From NCBI GenBank assembly GCA_044227145.1, contig JBGAFR010000002.1, positions 48,703 through 112,702 of the forward strand: a DNA stretch of 64,000 nt, written 5' to 3'. The stretch comes from Lysobacteraceae bacterium (GTDB lineage Bacteria > Pseudomonadota > Gammaproteobacteria > Xanthomonadales > Xanthomonadaceae). Positions 62,434 through 64,000 of the stretch are shown here, in pieces. The notes under the pieces were generated by a model. That model saw only the letters and a program-made list of their open reading frames with translations. It had not been told where the DNA came from and searched no databases. The first letter of the stretch is position 1. The number at the start of each line of letters is the position of its first letter. The position numbers and the translations under genes were made by a program.

Positions 62434-62975
62434 CCTCTGAGGTGCGCGTGATTACCGATCACTTGAAGGCAAAGGTTCTGGCATCTGTCGCTAGCGGCAT
62501 GTCGATCTCGGAGGCTGCTGCGCGGCATGGCATCGATGTTAGCCAGGCCAGGAATGGTATTGCGCGCATCTGTAGGGATAGCAAGCTGCCGTCTGAGGTA
62601 TCCAAGATACATGCCAATCCAGCGCCCTACAAAAAGGCCGCAGAGAGGGTCATAAACACGCCTCGCTATGGATTGAGGAAAGCCCTGCGCAAAGACATGG
62701 AGTATCAATTGCAGCTTCAGTCTGCCGACCAAATTGAGCCGGGCTACATCTCCAATCTGACTGCGGCTATGATTCTCGATGCTGGAATCACGGATGTTGG
62801 CCTTGCTGAGATTCAAGAATGGATGGCTGGCTATGACGCAAGTCTCAAGAAGAAAGCCCCAGGGAGTGCCGAGCATCTAGTTTTGGTCAGAAGAGCAATG
62901 TATGTGCTCGACTCCTTTGGTGTTGAGGTGGAAAGCGCAAAGAAGCAGATTGAATCCTTTACGCAGGAAGACTGA
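62430..62975 (+). CDS. Hypothetical protein with a possible N-terminal HTH
   Basis: GMSISEAAARHGIDVSQARNGIARIC resembles an HTH; start codon uncertain. Confidence 0.55.
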   Translation: MTSEVRVITDHLKAKVLASVASGMSISEAAARHGIDVSQARNGIARICRDSKLPSEVSKIHANPAPYKKAAERVINTPRYGLRKALRKDMEYQLQLQSADQIEPGYISNLTAAMILDAGITDVGLAEIQEWMAGYDASLKKKAPGSAEHLVLVRRAMYVLDSFGVEVESAKKQIESFTQED

Positions 62976-63015
62976 TCACTTGCAAGATTGGCAGCAAGAA
63001 TGGAGTCATGGAATT

Positions 63016-63774
63016 ATGAACAAGAAAAAAGCACTAGCGCTCTTTGCCATGATGCTCAGTGTCATTGGCATGGCTGCGTGTGCGCAACCTACTCCAAGCA
63101 CTCAGGCTCGATCAGAAGTATCCGATCCAGCGACAGAGGAAGCTGCACGGGTAGCCGAAGCGGCCGACGCGGCTGCAATAGCGTCAGGATCAGAGGATGG
63201 CAAGAAGGAGGGTGTGCCCGTGACTACAGAATCAATGTCTGAGAAGACAGTAGGCCCATCAATTGCATCAACGTTGCTGGAAGAGCGCATCTTGCGCTTT
63301 GTTGACGGCATACGCTCGTCACCAGATATGACGCGCAGTCGTCTCGAAGAGGTGATGCAGGTGAGGCTAGAGCAGGATACAGAACTGCAAGGATGGTGGT
63401 GGTACACCGGTGCCGCTGATGAAAAGTGGCAATACACGATAAAGATTGACGAGAGAAGCAAGGATGATTCTCTCCCGCTAGTCACAATCAGCTTTTCGGC
63501 GGGAGACGTCGAAGGAAATGCAAGGGCGACGGTCTGCACCTATGAGCTTGAAGCCTTCGCTCAATCGCTTATCGCGATTGGATACACCCGCCATTCCGGC
63601 TGGAAGCAGCCAGGTGGGCATCTTGTATTCAGTAGGGAACGGGCTGGTACGCGGTTCAGCTCGACCGTGAAAGTGCGCAAGTACATCCAGCAGACCGGAT
63701 CAGGCGTGAACGATTACCAGTATTGCGTCTACGCAATCAGCATGTCGGCTGGAGAGCTACTCGATGGCGAGTAA
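63016..63774 (+). CDS. Lipoprotein, candidate immunity protein
   Basis: MNKKK plus hydrophobic core plus MAAC lipobox; 3' end overlaps the next ORF by 11 bp. Confidence 0.6.
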   Translation: MNKKKALALFAMMLSVIGMAACAQPTPSTQARSEVSDPATEEAARVAEAADAAAIASGSEDGKKEGVPVTTESMSEKTVGPSIASTLLEERILRFVDGIRSSPDMTRSRLEEVMQVRLEQDTELQGWWWYTGAADEKWQYTIKIDERSKDDSLPLVTISFSAGDVEGNARATVCTYELEAFAQSLIAIGYTRHSGWKQPGGHLVFSRERAGTRFSSTVKVRKYIQQTGSGVNDYQYCVYAISMSAGELLDGE

Positions 63775-64000
63775 GCTGCCGCCCCACTTGCAACACCTTA
63801 CCGAAGGATTGCCGGCGAATCGACGTGCAGAGGTCGAAGAGTCGATCCTCTCTTCCAACTACCTGCAAACCCGCCTTGCAGAAGAGTCAAAGGCAGATCG
63901 ACTCGATCAGATCCGCATTCTCCCGCCGGGCAGCAATTCGGGTGGTCACTTCAGTGAGACAGATAAGTCGATCTACATTGACGCGGGCTTGTTCTCTGAT
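63764..64000 (+). CDS. 5' part of a protein of unknown function, candidate secreted effector (partial)
   Basis: ATG 63764, open to the window end (MASKLPPHLQHL...GGHFSETDKSIYID). Confidence 0.5.
   Translation, partial: MASKLPPHLQHLTEGLPANRRAEVEESILSSNYLQTRLAEESKADRLDQIRILPPGSNSGGHFSETDKSIYIDAGLFSD

Larger units (their letters stand above)
59109..64000. mobile_element. End of a second comM-integrated element extending beyond the window
   Basis: Same HTH/comM junction as the first unit; AT-richer cargo continues to the window end. Confidence 0.65.

Overview
High-GC chromosome segment of a Xanthomonadales (Lysobacter/Luteimonas-like) bacterium; the taxonomy is inferred from gene content and order. 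About 1-52 kb is mostly core or semi-core. It holds a giant DUF3686-type AAA ATPase, an interrupted oleB/oleC/oleD olefin cluster with ubiM and ubiJ-ubiB, and secreted peptidases. It also holds truC, arfB, a seven-gene operon (SsuA-OmpA fusion, ABC transporter, PspA/IM30, classical AAA ATPase), an smeRv-smeU1VWU2X-like RND efflux locus, aqpZ and the glyoxylate shunt (LysR, aceB, aceA). Small accessory inserts are a DUF559 nuclease inside 45-bp inverted repeats, two GTAG REP doublets, and an SMI1/KNR4 gene next to a frameshifted Zn-ribbon-HNH gene. From about 52.1 kb to the end is an AT-richer island made of tandem units at the 3' part of comM. A ~950-bp block (comM 3' fragment plus a double-HTH gene) is repeated at an offset of 6509 bp. 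The first unit carries no recombinase and encodes TIR-Nmad2-MazG-UDG followed by TIR-TIR-SLOG, the best candidate here for an undescribed nucleotide-centred anti-phage system. The second unit carries YjzC / XRE / ImmA-IrrE with a palindromic operator, a membrane-anchored RelE-like toxin, and a probable immunity-lipoprotein/effector pair that runs off the window. All family calls come from motif recognition by eye; no database searches were run.
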